Positions 51,169 through 60,056 of a stretch of 64,000 nt of DNA are shown here, in pieces. The notes beneath the pieces were generated by a model. That model did no database searches and was not told the origin of the DNA. It was given only the letters and a program-made list of their open reading frames with translations. Made by a program: the position numbers and the translations under genes. The DNA is taken from IMG/VR virus record IMGVR_UViG_3300025381_000001, one strand, 5' to 3'. This DNA comes from a virus. Each line of letters begins with the position of its first letter. Position 1 is the stretch's first letter.

Positions 51169-51331
51169 GGCCGTCACGGATGCCGGGCATAGCCCGAGCA
51201 TCCAGCATTCTGTGAGAGATTGCGGCTCTCAAACCTTCTTCGCGCACGGCATCGGTGTCAAGGCAAGGGATGAAGAATCCCTGCCCCTTTTCAGTCTTCT
51301 CCCAAGGATAGTGTATTTTTAATTTCATCAT
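51128..51331 (-). CDS. possible small protein (67 aa) at the convergence point
   Basis: ORF track entry (YPWEKTEKGQGFFIPC...GLIGVWFFR). It overlaps both the primase 3' end and the giant gene's 3' end by ~41 nt each. Confidence 0.35.
   Translation of the reverse strand: MMKLKIHYPWEKTEKGQGFFIPCLDTDAVREEGLRAAISHRMLDARAMPGIRDGLIGVWFFRRPHGH
51262..51291 (+). terminator. intrinsic terminator for the late transcript
   Basis: GGCAAGGGAT-gaaga-ATCCCTGCC stem (one bulge) followed by CCTTTTC, about 95 nt after the giant gene's stop. Confidence 0.55.
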
Positions 51332-54194
51332 CCATGTCCGATATACGACGACTGATCTTCAACGCTGACACTCGCATTTGAGGGCCTTTGGTTCTAGACG
51401 TCATGTCCTTCTTGGGCATGTGCGAGACGCTGAATTGTTGTGCCAATTGTCGCTTGAAATCGGCGTAACCGAAAGACATTGATGAACAGTACGCCTTGAG
51501 CAGTTGCTCTTCGATGTAGTAGTCAATGTGGTCGGTGGTCATCCCATGCTCAACACGGCCCATAATTTTGTTGCGAGTAAGTGACTGGTCAACCATCCCG
51601 CCGTGCCCAAGCTCTGCCAAAATCTTGCCGCCTTCAACGTGCTTGATGACGATAAAGCTGCCGTAGTTGTCGCGTGTATATGAGTTGAGTACATCCTCAG
51701 CCGACCTCGCGCTTGAGCGCACGTTCGAGCGTGCCGCAACAATCGTTTTCTTGATAACACCAATAATCTCTTTCATGGGGAAGTTGATGATGCCTGTGTG
51801 CTTGGAGCCAAAGATTGACCCAATAGCAATGATGGTGGCGATGCCAGCCATCCAGAAGCGCTCATCGTTTGTAGCGCCGAACTCGGTGTACGCATAGCGC
51901 ACGGACTCGGGCACAAGTTTTTGCAAAAGCTCAACATTATCCACGAAGTACTGCACCAGACGCTCACCTACGTAGCCATAATTTTGTTGCAGCGACTTGA
52001 TGGTGTCGATCTCGTGTGGCTCCCACGACAACTCATCGGACATGATGAACTCGATCAAACGGCGCAACTCACCTTCGGATGAGTGCATACGACCACCTGT
52101 GAGGCTGTCAATGGCATGGGTGTTTGACGACATGATCGCGTTGGTCATCCACGTAGACAAGTTGATGCGCTCTTTGTTGGAGCCGGACTCCATGCGCTCC
52201 TTGCCACGGCCTTCGGTCATGTCCAACAAGAACTCTGGGAACCACTCGAAGTTGTTGCGGTTCTTGCTCGTCACCTCATCTGTGATGAGTGGGAAGCTGT
52301 TGAGCAAGCCAAGGCGTTGTTGCATGGCCACAGGTGAAGTGCCCTTGCCTGTGCGGTAGTGCGTTGGGTGTCCCCAAACAGAGGCCGCAGCTTCGAGCGC
52401 CAGCGTCTTGCCCGTGCCCGACTCGGTTGAGCCGCAGTGGAACGTGATGCCGTAGATACCGGTGAACTTCATGAGCGGTGCGCCAGCACCGGCAAGCAGC
52501 ACGGCCAAGTGTGTGTACATGCGCTTGTTGATGAGCAACTGCACGAAGTCAACCCAGCCAGCCAAAGAGCCAGTAGGTTTGGTGTTGGCCACAATGTTTT
52601 CCAAGCCGGGCATGGGCACGGTGACGGGCGGTGTGTTTTTGGAGAAAATCTTGCCGGCATAGACGATGGTGTTGTCTTCTTGCCAGCCGTAGTTTGATGG
52701 TACTTTCACAGCAACTTTTCCTGTACTAGCGGCTTCGACACAAGCGCGGACGTAATCCCACAAGTTCTTGTCGTTGCCAGAGCCAAATGAGGCGATGATG
52801 TTTTGGGATGCCAAGCATTTGACCGTTTCGTCTTTGCTGACGATGGCCTTTTGCGGCATGGTTATGTTGACGGCTCCGTTGGGGCGCAGCGCCAGCATGT
52901 GGATGGTGTGGTCGGGGCCTTGGTGCAGGATATCCACCACGAACAAATCGTAGGGCAAGAGCATCATTGGCTTTTTGACCATCACGCCCTCAGCGTCTTC
53001 CATTTCTTTCTCAAGAAAAATACCGCCACGTTGACCGTAGCCGTAGCCGCGAGGCGGTGTGGGGCGCAGAATCTTGACCACTTCAACAGGCGCTTGCGTG
53101 TCTTCTTGTGGCAACTCAACTTCGATTTCTTTTTCGCCCGTCTCGACTTTGGTTTCGCGTCCAAGCGCCAATGGGTTTGTAATCTTGCCAAAGAACTGAC
53201 ACCCGTTACAAACGCCCGGATTCTCGCTGTCGAATTTTGTGCAAGGGTATGGGCCTTTGATCTCGCCCAGCTTCTGGTGCATCCGCGTGGTGTCGTATGG
53301 GTGCTGTTGCGTCAACCACAGTGCGGCCTTGGCTCCATCCGAGCAGGGCTTGGCGATGCTCAACCACGCACGCCACAACGGCTCCATTCCTTCTTCGGTG
53401 GCGTTCTCCACGAAGTGCGACAACTGCAAGCACCCCTTGCCGTCCATAGTCTTGCGCAGAATGTTCTTGAAGCGCGTCTCGCTGTTCTCAAACAACTTGA
53501 CTGCCGTGGCCGTGGGTGGGTTCTTGGCAAAGTCTGGGCGCATACCCAAGCCCTCGCCTGCTGGGGCGATGCTGTCTTCTTCGAGCAACTCGCGGATGCT
53601 GTCACGCAGCACCTTGAAATTGAACACGCTGCCTTCGGCCAGTACCGACACAAGGCGCGGCTCTGGATATTTTTCTTTAAAGTTGAATGTCTCGGGGATG
53701 CGCAGCACTCGGGCAGAGTCTGCGGTCACGGTCATGTCGATGTTGAGTTTCTTTTGCTTGCACAGCTTCTTGAAGTTCTCCGCCATTGGCTTCCAAACGT
53801 CAATGCTCACCGCTTCTTCAAACGGCCAATAGCAATGCAGCCCACCGCCGGAGCCGACCATCCAAGGCATACCTAGTTCACCAAGGCCAGTCTCTTGCAA
53901 GAATGCGTGCAGCGCAATCGCCGCTTGTTTCTTGCTGGCGTAGCCGTCCATGTCGATGAACAACGCTTTGATGAAGCGTGCATTTGCTGCTTGGCGCTTG
54001 CCCGAAACTTCAAACGTAGACAGCGCGAAGAAGACGTTCTTCTTGGCCGCAACCCAATCGTCTACTTGGGGATAAAAATCTTGAGTGGCTTGAACATAGA
54101 TGTGCTCCTTTTTTGTTGTACTAAGCTCTGCCGCGCAATAGAACCCATGTCCCGGGGTCGGCAAAACCACCGCTAGAAAGTCAAGCGGACTCAT
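51291..54194 (-). CDS. bifunctional primase-polymerase (AEP) / SF3 helicase
   Basis: N-terminal ALFIDMDGY (DxD) and SGGGLHCYWPF AEP motifs. C-terminal Walker A GSTESGTGKT and Walker B PLITDEV. Confidence 0.8.
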   Translation of the reverse strand: MSPLDFLAVVLPTPGHGFYCAAELSTTKKEHIYVQATQDFYPQVDDWVAAKKNVFFALSTFEVSGKRQAANARFIKALFIDMDGYASKKQAAIALHAFLQETGLGELGMPWMVGSGGGLHCYWPFEEAVSIDVWKPMAENFKKLCKQKKLNIDMTVTADSARVLRIPETFNFKEKYPEPRLVSVLAEGSVFNFKVLRDSIRELLEEDSIAPAGEGLGMRPDFAKNPPTATAVKLFENSETRFKNILRKTMDGKGCLQLSHFVENATEEGMEPLWRAWLSIAKPCSDGAKAALWLTQQHPYDTTRMHQKLGEIKGPYPCTKFDSENPGVCNGCQFFGKITNPLALGRETKVETGEKEIEVELPQEDTQAPVEVVKILRPTPPRGYGYGQRGGIFLEKEMEDAEGVMVKKPMMLLPYDLFVVDILHQGPDHTIHMLALRPNGAVNITMPQKAIVSKDETVKCLASQNIIASFGSGNDKNLWDYVRACVEAASTGKVAVKVPSNYGWQEDNTIVYAGKIFSKNTPPVTVPMPGLENIVANTKPTGSLAGWVDFVQLLINKRMYTHLAVLLAGAGAPLMKFTGIYGITFHCGSTESGTGKTLALEAAASVWGHPTHYRTGKGTSPVAMQQRLGLLNSFPLITDEVTSKNRNNFEWFPEFLLDMTEGRGKERMESGSNKERINLSTWMTNAIMSSNTHAIDSLTGGRMHSSEGELRRLIEFIMSDELSWEPHEIDTIKSLQQNYGYVGERLVQYFVDNVELLQKLVPESVRYAYTEFGATNDERFWMAGIATIIAIGSIFGSKHTGIINFPMKEIIGVIKKTIVAARSNVRSSARSAEDVLNSYTRDNYGSFIVIKHVEGGKILAELGHGGMVDQSLTRNKIMGRVEHGMTTDHIDYYIEEQLLKAYCSSMSFGYADFKRQLAQQFSVSHMPKKDMTSRTKGPQMRVSALKISRRISDMDDEIKNTLSLGED

Positions 54195-54212
54195 AGAAAT
54201 CCTCGGGAATTG

Positions 54213-54398
54213 TTAGATGAACAGGTCTTTTTGTGCAGGGTCTTTTGCTGGAAACGCATCCAAGGGCGCGAGGGCAATGAAGCGGCGCAACAATTCACGC
54301 TGCCACACCACGGACATGCCGTATTCAGAATCCATAGCAATCGCAGACAAACGAATCAACTCGCTGTTGCTCAAGTTTCGAGGTTGTAAATCTTGCAT
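54213..54398 (-). CDS. hypothetical small protein
   Basis: ATG at 54398 follows GGAGAAAAAT. Overlaps the 3' end of the HTH gene. Confidence 0.5.
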   Translation of the reverse strand: MQDLQPRNLSNSELIRLSAIAMDSEYGMSVVWQRELLRRFIALAPLDAFPAKDPAQKDLFI

Positions 54399-54649
54399 AT
54401 TTTTCTCCACGCTTCGTCAGCGGTTTTTGTTTCTTTGAGAATCTTCAACAGTAGTTCAGCGCGTTGTTCGTAGGCAGGGAAAATGTCGCCACCCTTGAAC
54501 CAGTTGTAAGCTGTTTGACGTGAAACGCCCAGCGCTTTAGATACGCGCACTACGGAGAAGTCGCGGTGGATAGCCCAACGGCCAAGCTGGTTGCCCAGCG
54601 TCTTTGGCGCGTCTGCTATTTCGTCGATTGTTTTTTGAGAGTAGGGCAT
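54371..54649 (-). CDS. helix-turn-helix DNA-binding protein
   Basis: VVRVSKALGVSRQTAYNWFKG is a classic HTH. Confidence 0.65.
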   Translation of the reverse strand: MPYSQKTIDEIADAPKTLGNQLGRWAIHRDFSVVRVSKALGVSRQTAYNWFKGGDIFPAYEQRAELLLKILKETKTADEAWRKICKIYNLET

Positions 54650-54703
54650 TTTTGTGGGTGGAGGGTACTCGCAGCGCTTTCCCCTCGAACTCCTTATTTC
54701 TTG

Positions 54704-55204
54704 TTATTCCCCAAGTGGGAAGGGTGAAACGATGATGCGTGGTTCGAGGTAAACCACTGTTGCTTTTTTGGTTTTGGGGTCAACGCATTGAACCCAAGTA
54801 CCGTCTGCGCTGGCGGGGCTATACAGACCGTTTGGATCGGCTTGTGGCAAGGTGACGTTGCCGTGGTCGGGTGTTTCGCTCATGCGTGCCACTCGTTGCG
54901 GGTTGGTGTACTGGGTGGCATAGGGCAAGCCAAAGCCAACAGAATCACACACTTTGTGCATCTTGCCGTTCATGTCCATAATGTATGTGGTGGTGGCCAC
55001 ATTGCGGTCACGCAGCTCCAAGATGTCTTTCATCATGCGCTTCTCTGCGAAGTTGGTGATGGCCGGCATTCCCACAGTTTCAACTGCACGAAGACTCATT
55101 TCTTCTTGCTTGGCTTTTTCAATTTGCGTTGAGGTTGGCTTAATTTGGTCGCAAGCCGTCAGGCTAATGATCAGGCAGGCAATTGCAAGGCGGGTGTAGT
55201 TCAT
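54704..55204 (-). CDS. lipoprotein
   Basis: Signal peptide with lipobox MNYTRLAIACLIISLTAC. ATGA overlap with the upstream membrane protein gene. Confidence 0.7.
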   Translation of the reverse strand: MNYTRLAIACLIISLTACDQIKPTSTQIEKAKQEEMSLRAVETVGMPAITNFAEKRMMKDILELRDRNVATTTYIMDMNGKMHKVCDSVGFGLPYATQYTNPQRVARMSETPDHGNVTLPQADPNGLYSPASADGTWVQCVDPKTKKATVVYLEPRIIVSPFPLGE

Positions 55205-55524
55205 TTTCCGCTCCTCAAGTCGTTGTAAAAGTTGCGCAGGTTGGCTGGCATACGGTCTTCGGGATACACCGAGAAGCGGTGCAACACGATGGCACGCAAA
55301 GCGTCTTTGTGTTCAGCGTCAGCATTGATGTACTGCAACTGGAGGTCTTCCAAGTCACGCACCATGCCGTCGTTGTACTGCTCAGACTCTTTGAACACCT
55401 TGTTGTCCAAGGCACGATACTTCGGTGCAAAGTAGCTGGACATTTCGTACCCTAAGAACGATAGCCCGACTATCAAGGCAAGCGCAGCAATGATTGCAGC
55501 AGGGATTCCTAAAAGCTCTTTCAT
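55201..55524 (-). CDS. hypothetical N-terminally membrane-anchored protein
   Basis: TM segment IPAAIIAALALIVGLSFLGY. 107-aa ORF. Confidence 0.65.
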   Translation of the reverse strand: MKELLGIPAAIIAALALIVGLSFLGYEMSSYFAPKYRALDNKVFKESEQYNDGMVRDLEDLQLQYINADAEHKDALRAIVLHRFSVYPEDRMPANLRNFYNDLRSGK

Positions 55525-55574
55525 GTTTGTTTCCTAGTTGGTTTGAGGTGAGGGCTTGCGCCCCCACGGTTCAG

Positions 55575-56579
55575 TTAGTCTTCATCGTCCCAGTTCGCAA
55601 CCACTGAGGCCAAGTCTTTTTTGGCAGGCACAGCGTTGGTCTTGGCGGCTTTCTCGCGCACGACTGGAGTAGCTTCCTCTTCTTCCTCCTCTTCGGGCGC
55701 TGGCGCAGGGGCGGCTTTGGGTTTGGCTGCGGCCTTGGCTTTTGCTTTGGGTGGAGGTGGTGGGGCTTCGCCTTCTTCCTCTTCGGGTTCAGGCTCAGGT
55801 GCAGGAGCAACTTTGGCCTTGGCTTTAGGAGGTGTGCCAGCCAACGAGTCGGCAGGTTTGGCTTTGTCCATAGCGCCAGCGGTTTGCACCACGGCTTGGG
55901 CAGCATCGGGATGCTCGCCTTGTTTGGTGGCGGTCTCGAACTCGTCTTCGGTCAACCAGCGCATTGCTTTGAAGAACAGCTTGGGGCTTTCGGCCTTGGT
56001 GTCAAACTTCATGCGTGTGATAACCATGCTGGGGTCAACGGACTGTGCCACCAACCAACGAGCGTAGGCTTGCAGAGGGCGGTTCTCGCCTTCTTCTTTA
56101 CCAAACAAAGACTTCGCAGGCACGGTCAACTGGAGCACGTCACCTTCAATGTCGTTAGCCATCACCACAGCCAAGCGTTGTTGGAAGCGGCAAGCGCGGC
56201 TTTCGCCTTCGCCAGAACCAGAGATGTTCTGTGGGCAACCTTCGCAAGTCTTGGCTTGAGGTTCTTTGATAGAAGCGTCAGGCGTGTCGCCATCGTTTGA
56301 CCAGCAGTCAGGAGCCGCCGCAGTGTCGCCATCGTACTTGGCCATGTAGAAAGTGCGGGAGACTTTCGGCGCAGCTTTGACGATCACCACATCCAGATAG
56401 CGTTCTTCGATGTTGGCAACTTCTTTGCCGCCGGAGATCAAACGAAACACGCCACCTTTGATGCTGATGCGCTTGCCGGTGCTGCCGCCGCCCATCAAGG
56501 CTTTGGCGGTGTCAGAGAGTTCACCTTTCTTGGCGAATGAGGGCAGTTGGCCGGGGTTAAAGAGAGCTACATTGCTCAT
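55575..56579 (-). CDS. putative ssDNA-binding protein
   Basis: Located in the replication module with an AAGGAAAA SD. Cys cluster CWSNDG..CEGCPQN..C, a PAPE/K-rich linker and an acidic C-terminal tail ANWDDED. Confidence 0.5.
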   Translation of the reverse strand: MSNVALFNPGQLPSFAKKGELSDTAKALMGGGSTGKRISIKGGVFRLISGGKEVANIEERYLDVVIVKAAPKVSRTFYMAKYDGDTAAAPDCWSNDGDTPDASIKEPQAKTCEGCPQNISGSGEGESRACRFQQRLAVVMANDIEGDVLQLTVPAKSLFGKEEGENRPLQAYARWLVAQSVDPSMVITRMKFDTKAESPKLFFKAMRWLTEDEFETATKQGEHPDAAQAVVQTAGAMDKAKPADSLAGTPPKAKAKVAPAPEPEPEEEEGEAPPPPPKAKAKAAAKPKAAPAPAPEEEEEEEATPVVREKAAKTNAVPAKKDLASVVANWDDED

Positions 56580-56589
56580 GGGATTTTCC

Positions 56590-57018
56590 TTACTTGGTTG
56601 GTTTACGGACGGAAATGCTGTACTCGGAATTCGAGTTCAAGCCGGGGGGCACAACGCCGGGGTTCTCTTCCAAGAACTGCTTCATGTTGCCCTGTGCAAT
56701 TCGCTTCTCGAACAAGTCAAGAGCATCGTGCTGAATCACAAAGGATTTGAACGAGTCCCAGTCACTGGTCGAGTAGCGTGTGGATACGCCAAGAACAACG
56801 GTTCCGGCATCGGTGCGAACGGATGTGACGCCAAGCGCTTTCATCTGGTCTTTCATAGCGTTCTTCAAAACTTCTTGTTGCTCCTTGAGCGCTTCGACTT
56901 TGTTGTCGTACTCTTGGGTCAGCAGGTCGATCTCGGAACGGATGCGGCGATACACCTTCGCCATTTTGTCTAGAGGCACTACCTCTGCGGGTGCGTCTTG
57001 CGCAGTTTCTTCACTCAT
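56590..57018 (-). CDS. hypothetical replication-module protein (coiled-coil; Gp157-like position)
   Basis: AGGAGAAAG SD. 142 aa. Sits next to the SSB and SNF2 genes, as in other PolA/SNF2/VRR-NUC modules. Confidence 0.5.
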   Translation of the reverse strand: MSEETAQDAPAEVVPLDKMAKVYRRIRSEIDLLTQEYDNKVEALKEQQEVLKNAMKDQMKALGVTSVRTDAGTVVLGVSTRYSTSDWDSFKSFVIQHDALDLFEKRIAQGNMKQFLEENPGVVPPGLNSNSEYSISVRKPTK

Positions 57019-57108
57019 CACTTTCTCCTAGTTGATGCCGTCTTTGCGGCTGAAATGTTTGTCAAGGGTTAGACAGTGTACATGGTTTTCAAATGCTTGC
57101 AACTCCTT

Positions 57109-58671
57109 TCAAGATTTAATTTCTGTGTCGAACATTTGGGTTAAAAGTGAATGGTCACTAACCTTTCCTTCTAATGCTTTAAACATCTTTTTCTCGATTG
57201 GGCTACCCGAGATGTGGATGACTGTCACCTTGGCGGCTGTCTGTCCTTTGCGGTCAGCGCGTGCGCAGCACTGCACGTATTGCTCCACGCTCATCAAGGG
57301 GCCAAAAAACACCACAGTGTCGGCAGCAGTCAACGTAATCCCATGCGCTGTGGCTTGGGGCTGCATCACCAACACGCGAGGTTGTGGTTCATTTTGAAAG
57401 CGCCTGATGATGTCGGCACGTTTGGTGGCTGGCACATCGCCCTGAATGATCTCGTTGGCGATGCCGTGCTTGGTGAGGTGGCGGTTGATGGTGTCGATGC
57501 TGGAGCGAAACAGCGCGAAGATGATGACCTTGCGATCGGTCTCTTCCAAGATTTCTTCTAGTACCGACAGGCGGGGCGAGGCGTCGAATTCCGCCACTTC
57601 ACCTTCGTCCGTGTAGGCTGCGCCACAACTGATCTGCAACAGCTTGCTCACGCCAGCGGCAGCGTTAACCGCGCTGATTGTTTCGCCTGCGGCCTGCACC
57701 AACATCCGCTCTTTGAGCATGTTGTAGTATTTGTTCTGTTGCGCTGTCATCGGCACTTCGCGGGTCATCGTCACCACGGGCGGCAAGTCCAAGCATTGTT
57801 CTTTGGTGAACCTGATCGCGGGTTGCAACGCTTCATGCACAAGATCGTGCGCGTTGGCTTTTGGTGCCCACTTAAACATTGTCACCTTGTGCATTACCTT
57901 GTCGCGCCACGCAGTGAAGAACGCTGGCACACCTTTGGGGTTGACTAGCTTGGCCAAGCCATAAGCATCAGCGGGGGACTGCGAAGCAGGCGTGCCTGTC
58001 ATCATCCACAAGTGCGTGTTGGGCGCAATGATTGAGTTCAGTGACTTCCAGCGTTTGGTTGTGGCCGTCTTGTACGCATTGGCCTCATCCACAATCACGA
58101 GATCAAATTTGCCGTTGGCTTTGACTTCATCAGCAATCAGGTTCAAGCCTTCGTAGTTGACGATCACAAACTCATAGCTGTGCTGAATCATCTCGATGCG
58201 CGTTGCTGCCTTGGGGTGGTGGGCAATGATGGCGCTGCGGTGAATGATGCTGTTGTTTAAGTCCTGCATCCACGCGGCTTGCATGATCGACAGAGGACAC
58301 AGAATCAAACAGCGGCGCACCTCTCCACGTTGCATCAAGTAATCCGCAGCCCACAGTGCCGAGAGCGTCTTGCCTGTGCCGGGTTCGCTGAACACAAAAG
58401 CGCGGCGGTTGAGCGTCAAGAAAGATGCTGTCTCCACTTGGTGCGCCATAGGTTTGAATCTGCCCGGCCACGCATAGCGCTTAGTAATAGGCGAAGGTAC
58501 ATCTTTGACGCCTATATTTTTCAGTACCCGCGCTTCATCTAATCCCCAAAACACAGCGACAGACGCAGAGCCATCAGCGTGTGTTTCAACGACTTGGCTT
58601 CTAGGAATGATGCTGTATTTTTCTGGCTGTCTGGTTCTGATGAGAAGTGCTTTGTTGTCAATGATTTCCAT
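57109..58671 (-). CDS. SNF2-family (Rad54-like) helicase/ATPase
   Basis: Motif I SEPGTGKT, motif II LVIVDEANAYK, motif III LWMMTGTP, motif VI CCARADRKGQ. Confidence 0.85.
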   Translation of the reverse strand: MEIIDNKALLIRTRQPEKYSIIPRSQVVETHADGSASVAVFWGLDEARVLKNIGVKDVPSPITKRYAWPGRFKPMAHQVETASFLTLNRRAFVFSEPGTGKTLSALWAADYLMQRGEVRRCLILCPLSIMQAAWMQDLNNSIIHRSAIIAHHPKAATRIEMIQHSYEFVIVNYEGLNLIADEVKANGKFDLVIVDEANAYKTATTKRWKSLNSIIAPNTHLWMMTGTPASQSPADAYGLAKLVNPKGVPAFFTAWRDKVMHKVTMFKWAPKANAHDLVHEALQPAIRFTKEQCLDLPPVVTMTREVPMTAQQNKYYNMLKERMLVQAAGETISAVNAAAGVSKLLQISCGAAYTDEGEVAEFDASPRLSVLEEILEETDRKVIIFALFRSSIDTINRHLTKHGIANEIIQGDVPATKRADIIRRFQNEPQPRVLVMQPQATAHGITLTAADTVVFFGPLMSVEQYVQCCARADRKGQTAAKVTVIHISGSPIEKKMFKALEGKVSDHSLLTQMFDTEIKS

Positions 58672-58685
58672 CGCTTGTCCTAGTT

Positions 58686-58853
58686 TTATTCTTCAGGGTC
58701 GAATGCAGGCGTTCCCGTTACCAACAGCACATCGGCCAACATACTGATAGCCAAGTCGATTTCTTCGTCCGTCAGTACGTCTTTGATAGGGCAACCGGTA
58801 TCTAAAAAATACGCTGCCTTCATCACCTTGTCTGCTAAGGTTGCTTGTGTCAT
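58686..58853 (-). CDS. hypothetical small protein (55 aa; below ORF-track cutoff)
   Basis: ATG at 58853 has an ATGA overlap with the stop of 58850..59086. Reads MTQATLADKVMKAAYFLDTGCPIKDVL... Confidence 0.45.
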   Translation of the reverse strand: MTQATLADKVMKAAYFLDTGCPIKDVLTDEEIDLAISMLADVLLVTGTPAFDPEE

Positions 58854-59086
58854 TTGTTATCCCCTTGATTGGCGCTCTTGCTTCGCAGTCTTAGGTTGCC
58901 CTTGGTTGACTTGCCGCCTTTGCGCAGCGGCTTGATGTGGTCGATGTCTTTGCCTGAACGGTCGATGCCTGCTTTGTCGTATGCACGACGAGCACGCTGG
59001 CGCTCATGCTGATCTGAGCCGGGGCCTGATTTGCCCGTCTTCAAATCTTGTTGGTACTCTTTTTTCCAATCACGTTTAGTTGCCAT
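58850..59086 (-). CDS. small HNH-motif protein
   Basis: GKDIDHIKPLRKGGKSTKGNLRLRSKSANQGDN contains an HNH-type DH..P...GG....N.....N pattern. Confidence 0.5.
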   Translation of the reverse strand: MATKRDWKKEYQQDLKTGKSGPGSDQHERQRARRAYDKAGIDRSGKDIDHIKPLRKGGKSTKGNLRLRSKSANQGDNK

Positions 59087-59093
59087 GATTTAC

Positions 59094-59759
59094 TCAATGT
59101 TTTGGGTTGAACTCACAGCTAGTGCAGGGGCAGTAGCCGCACAAAGGATTCTTGTTTGGATTCCAAACACCGCTCTCAAGCGAGGACTCAATCTTACCGA
59201 TTCGCTCACGATAGCGCCACCACTCTGACTCGGCCTCGGCCACCATCATCTGGTCTTTGACCGCATCGTTCTTGACTACAAACAAAAGCATTGATTTAAC
59301 GCGGCGAAGGTGCGGAAAGTGCGCAAACACCATCATGGCCATCAAGCGCAACTGCTCCCTGTCGGGGTATTTGTTGCTGCCCGTTTTGTAGTCGGCTACG
59401 TAGGCCGTCAAGTTGTCGTCGTCAATAGACAAGAAGTCAGCGATGCCACGCACCCACGCTTTCTTATCAAACCACGAGACGGGGTTGAGGTTGGCGTCAA
59501 GCGTCATCTTGTACTCGGCCAGCTTGCGACCGGGCAAACTCATCAAGGAGTCCACCACAGGTTTAATGAAGTCGAACTCGGGCGGCAGTGGCGTGCCGTC
59601 CTTGACGTACAACTCCGCAGCTTTGTGAAGGTTGTTGCCGTAGCGCGAAGCCTCGGTTTCCTCGAACGGGAATTTCTTGAGCACGCGCACCTCATGGTAT
59701 TTGCGTGCGCAATTTTCATAGTCTTTGAGAGCCGTGTGGCTCCACGATACGTGCGGCAT
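59094..59759 (-). CDS. PD-(D/E)XK Cas4/RecB-like exonuclease with C-terminal Cys cluster
   Basis: N-terminal SHTALKDYENCARKY, core IADFLSIDD...YVADYKTG, C-terminal CGYCPCTSC. Confidence 0.75.
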   Translation of the reverse strand: MPHVSWSHTALKDYENCARKYHEVRVLKKFPFEETEASRYGNNLHKAAELYVKDGTPLPPEFDFIKPVVDSLMSLPGRKLAEYKMTLDANLNPVSWFDKKAWVRGIADFLSIDDDNLTAYVADYKTGSNKYPDREQLRLMAMMVFAHFPHLRRVKSMLLFVVKNDAVKDQMMVAEAESEWWRYRERIGKIESSLESGVWNPNKNPLCGYCPCTSCEFNPKH

Positions 59760-60055
59760 TAGAACCTCGCTGATGCAATTGCTTTGTGAAGACGGCTTGA
59801 TAGGCCGGTGACGAACACTTCGTCTTTGGTCAGTTTATACCGGCCCATGTCGTACAAGATAGCATGAATCAACTCGTGCCAGAACGTGTCTCGCACATCA
59901 TTTTTTGCTAGCTTGCGTTTGTTATGCGTGGTGCTGACCTTGATCTTCTGCGCGGGGTAGTTGACCTCCCCCAACATGCCATGCTCTTGCATGGCCTCGA
60001 CGACCTCGATCGAGTACCACTTATCGCCCACTTTGATTTTTCTTGGTATATCCAC
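59759..60055 (-). CDS. small HExxH metallopeptidase-like protein
   Basis: GTG start 1 nt after the PolA stop. Contains a WHELIHAILYD motif. 98 aa. Confidence 0.5.
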   Translation of the reverse strand: MDIPRKIKVGDKWYSIEVVEAMQEHGMLGEVNYPAQKIKVSTTHNKRKLAKNDVRDTFWHELIHAILYDMGRYKLTKDEVFVTGLSSRLHKAIASARF

Positions 60056-60056
60056 T

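Noticed and set aside
57022-57108. TTGACA at about 57060 (minus strand) as a promoter for 56590..57018.
   Set aside because: No acceptable -10 hexamer lies at 16-18 nt spacing (GACGGC or ACGGCA).
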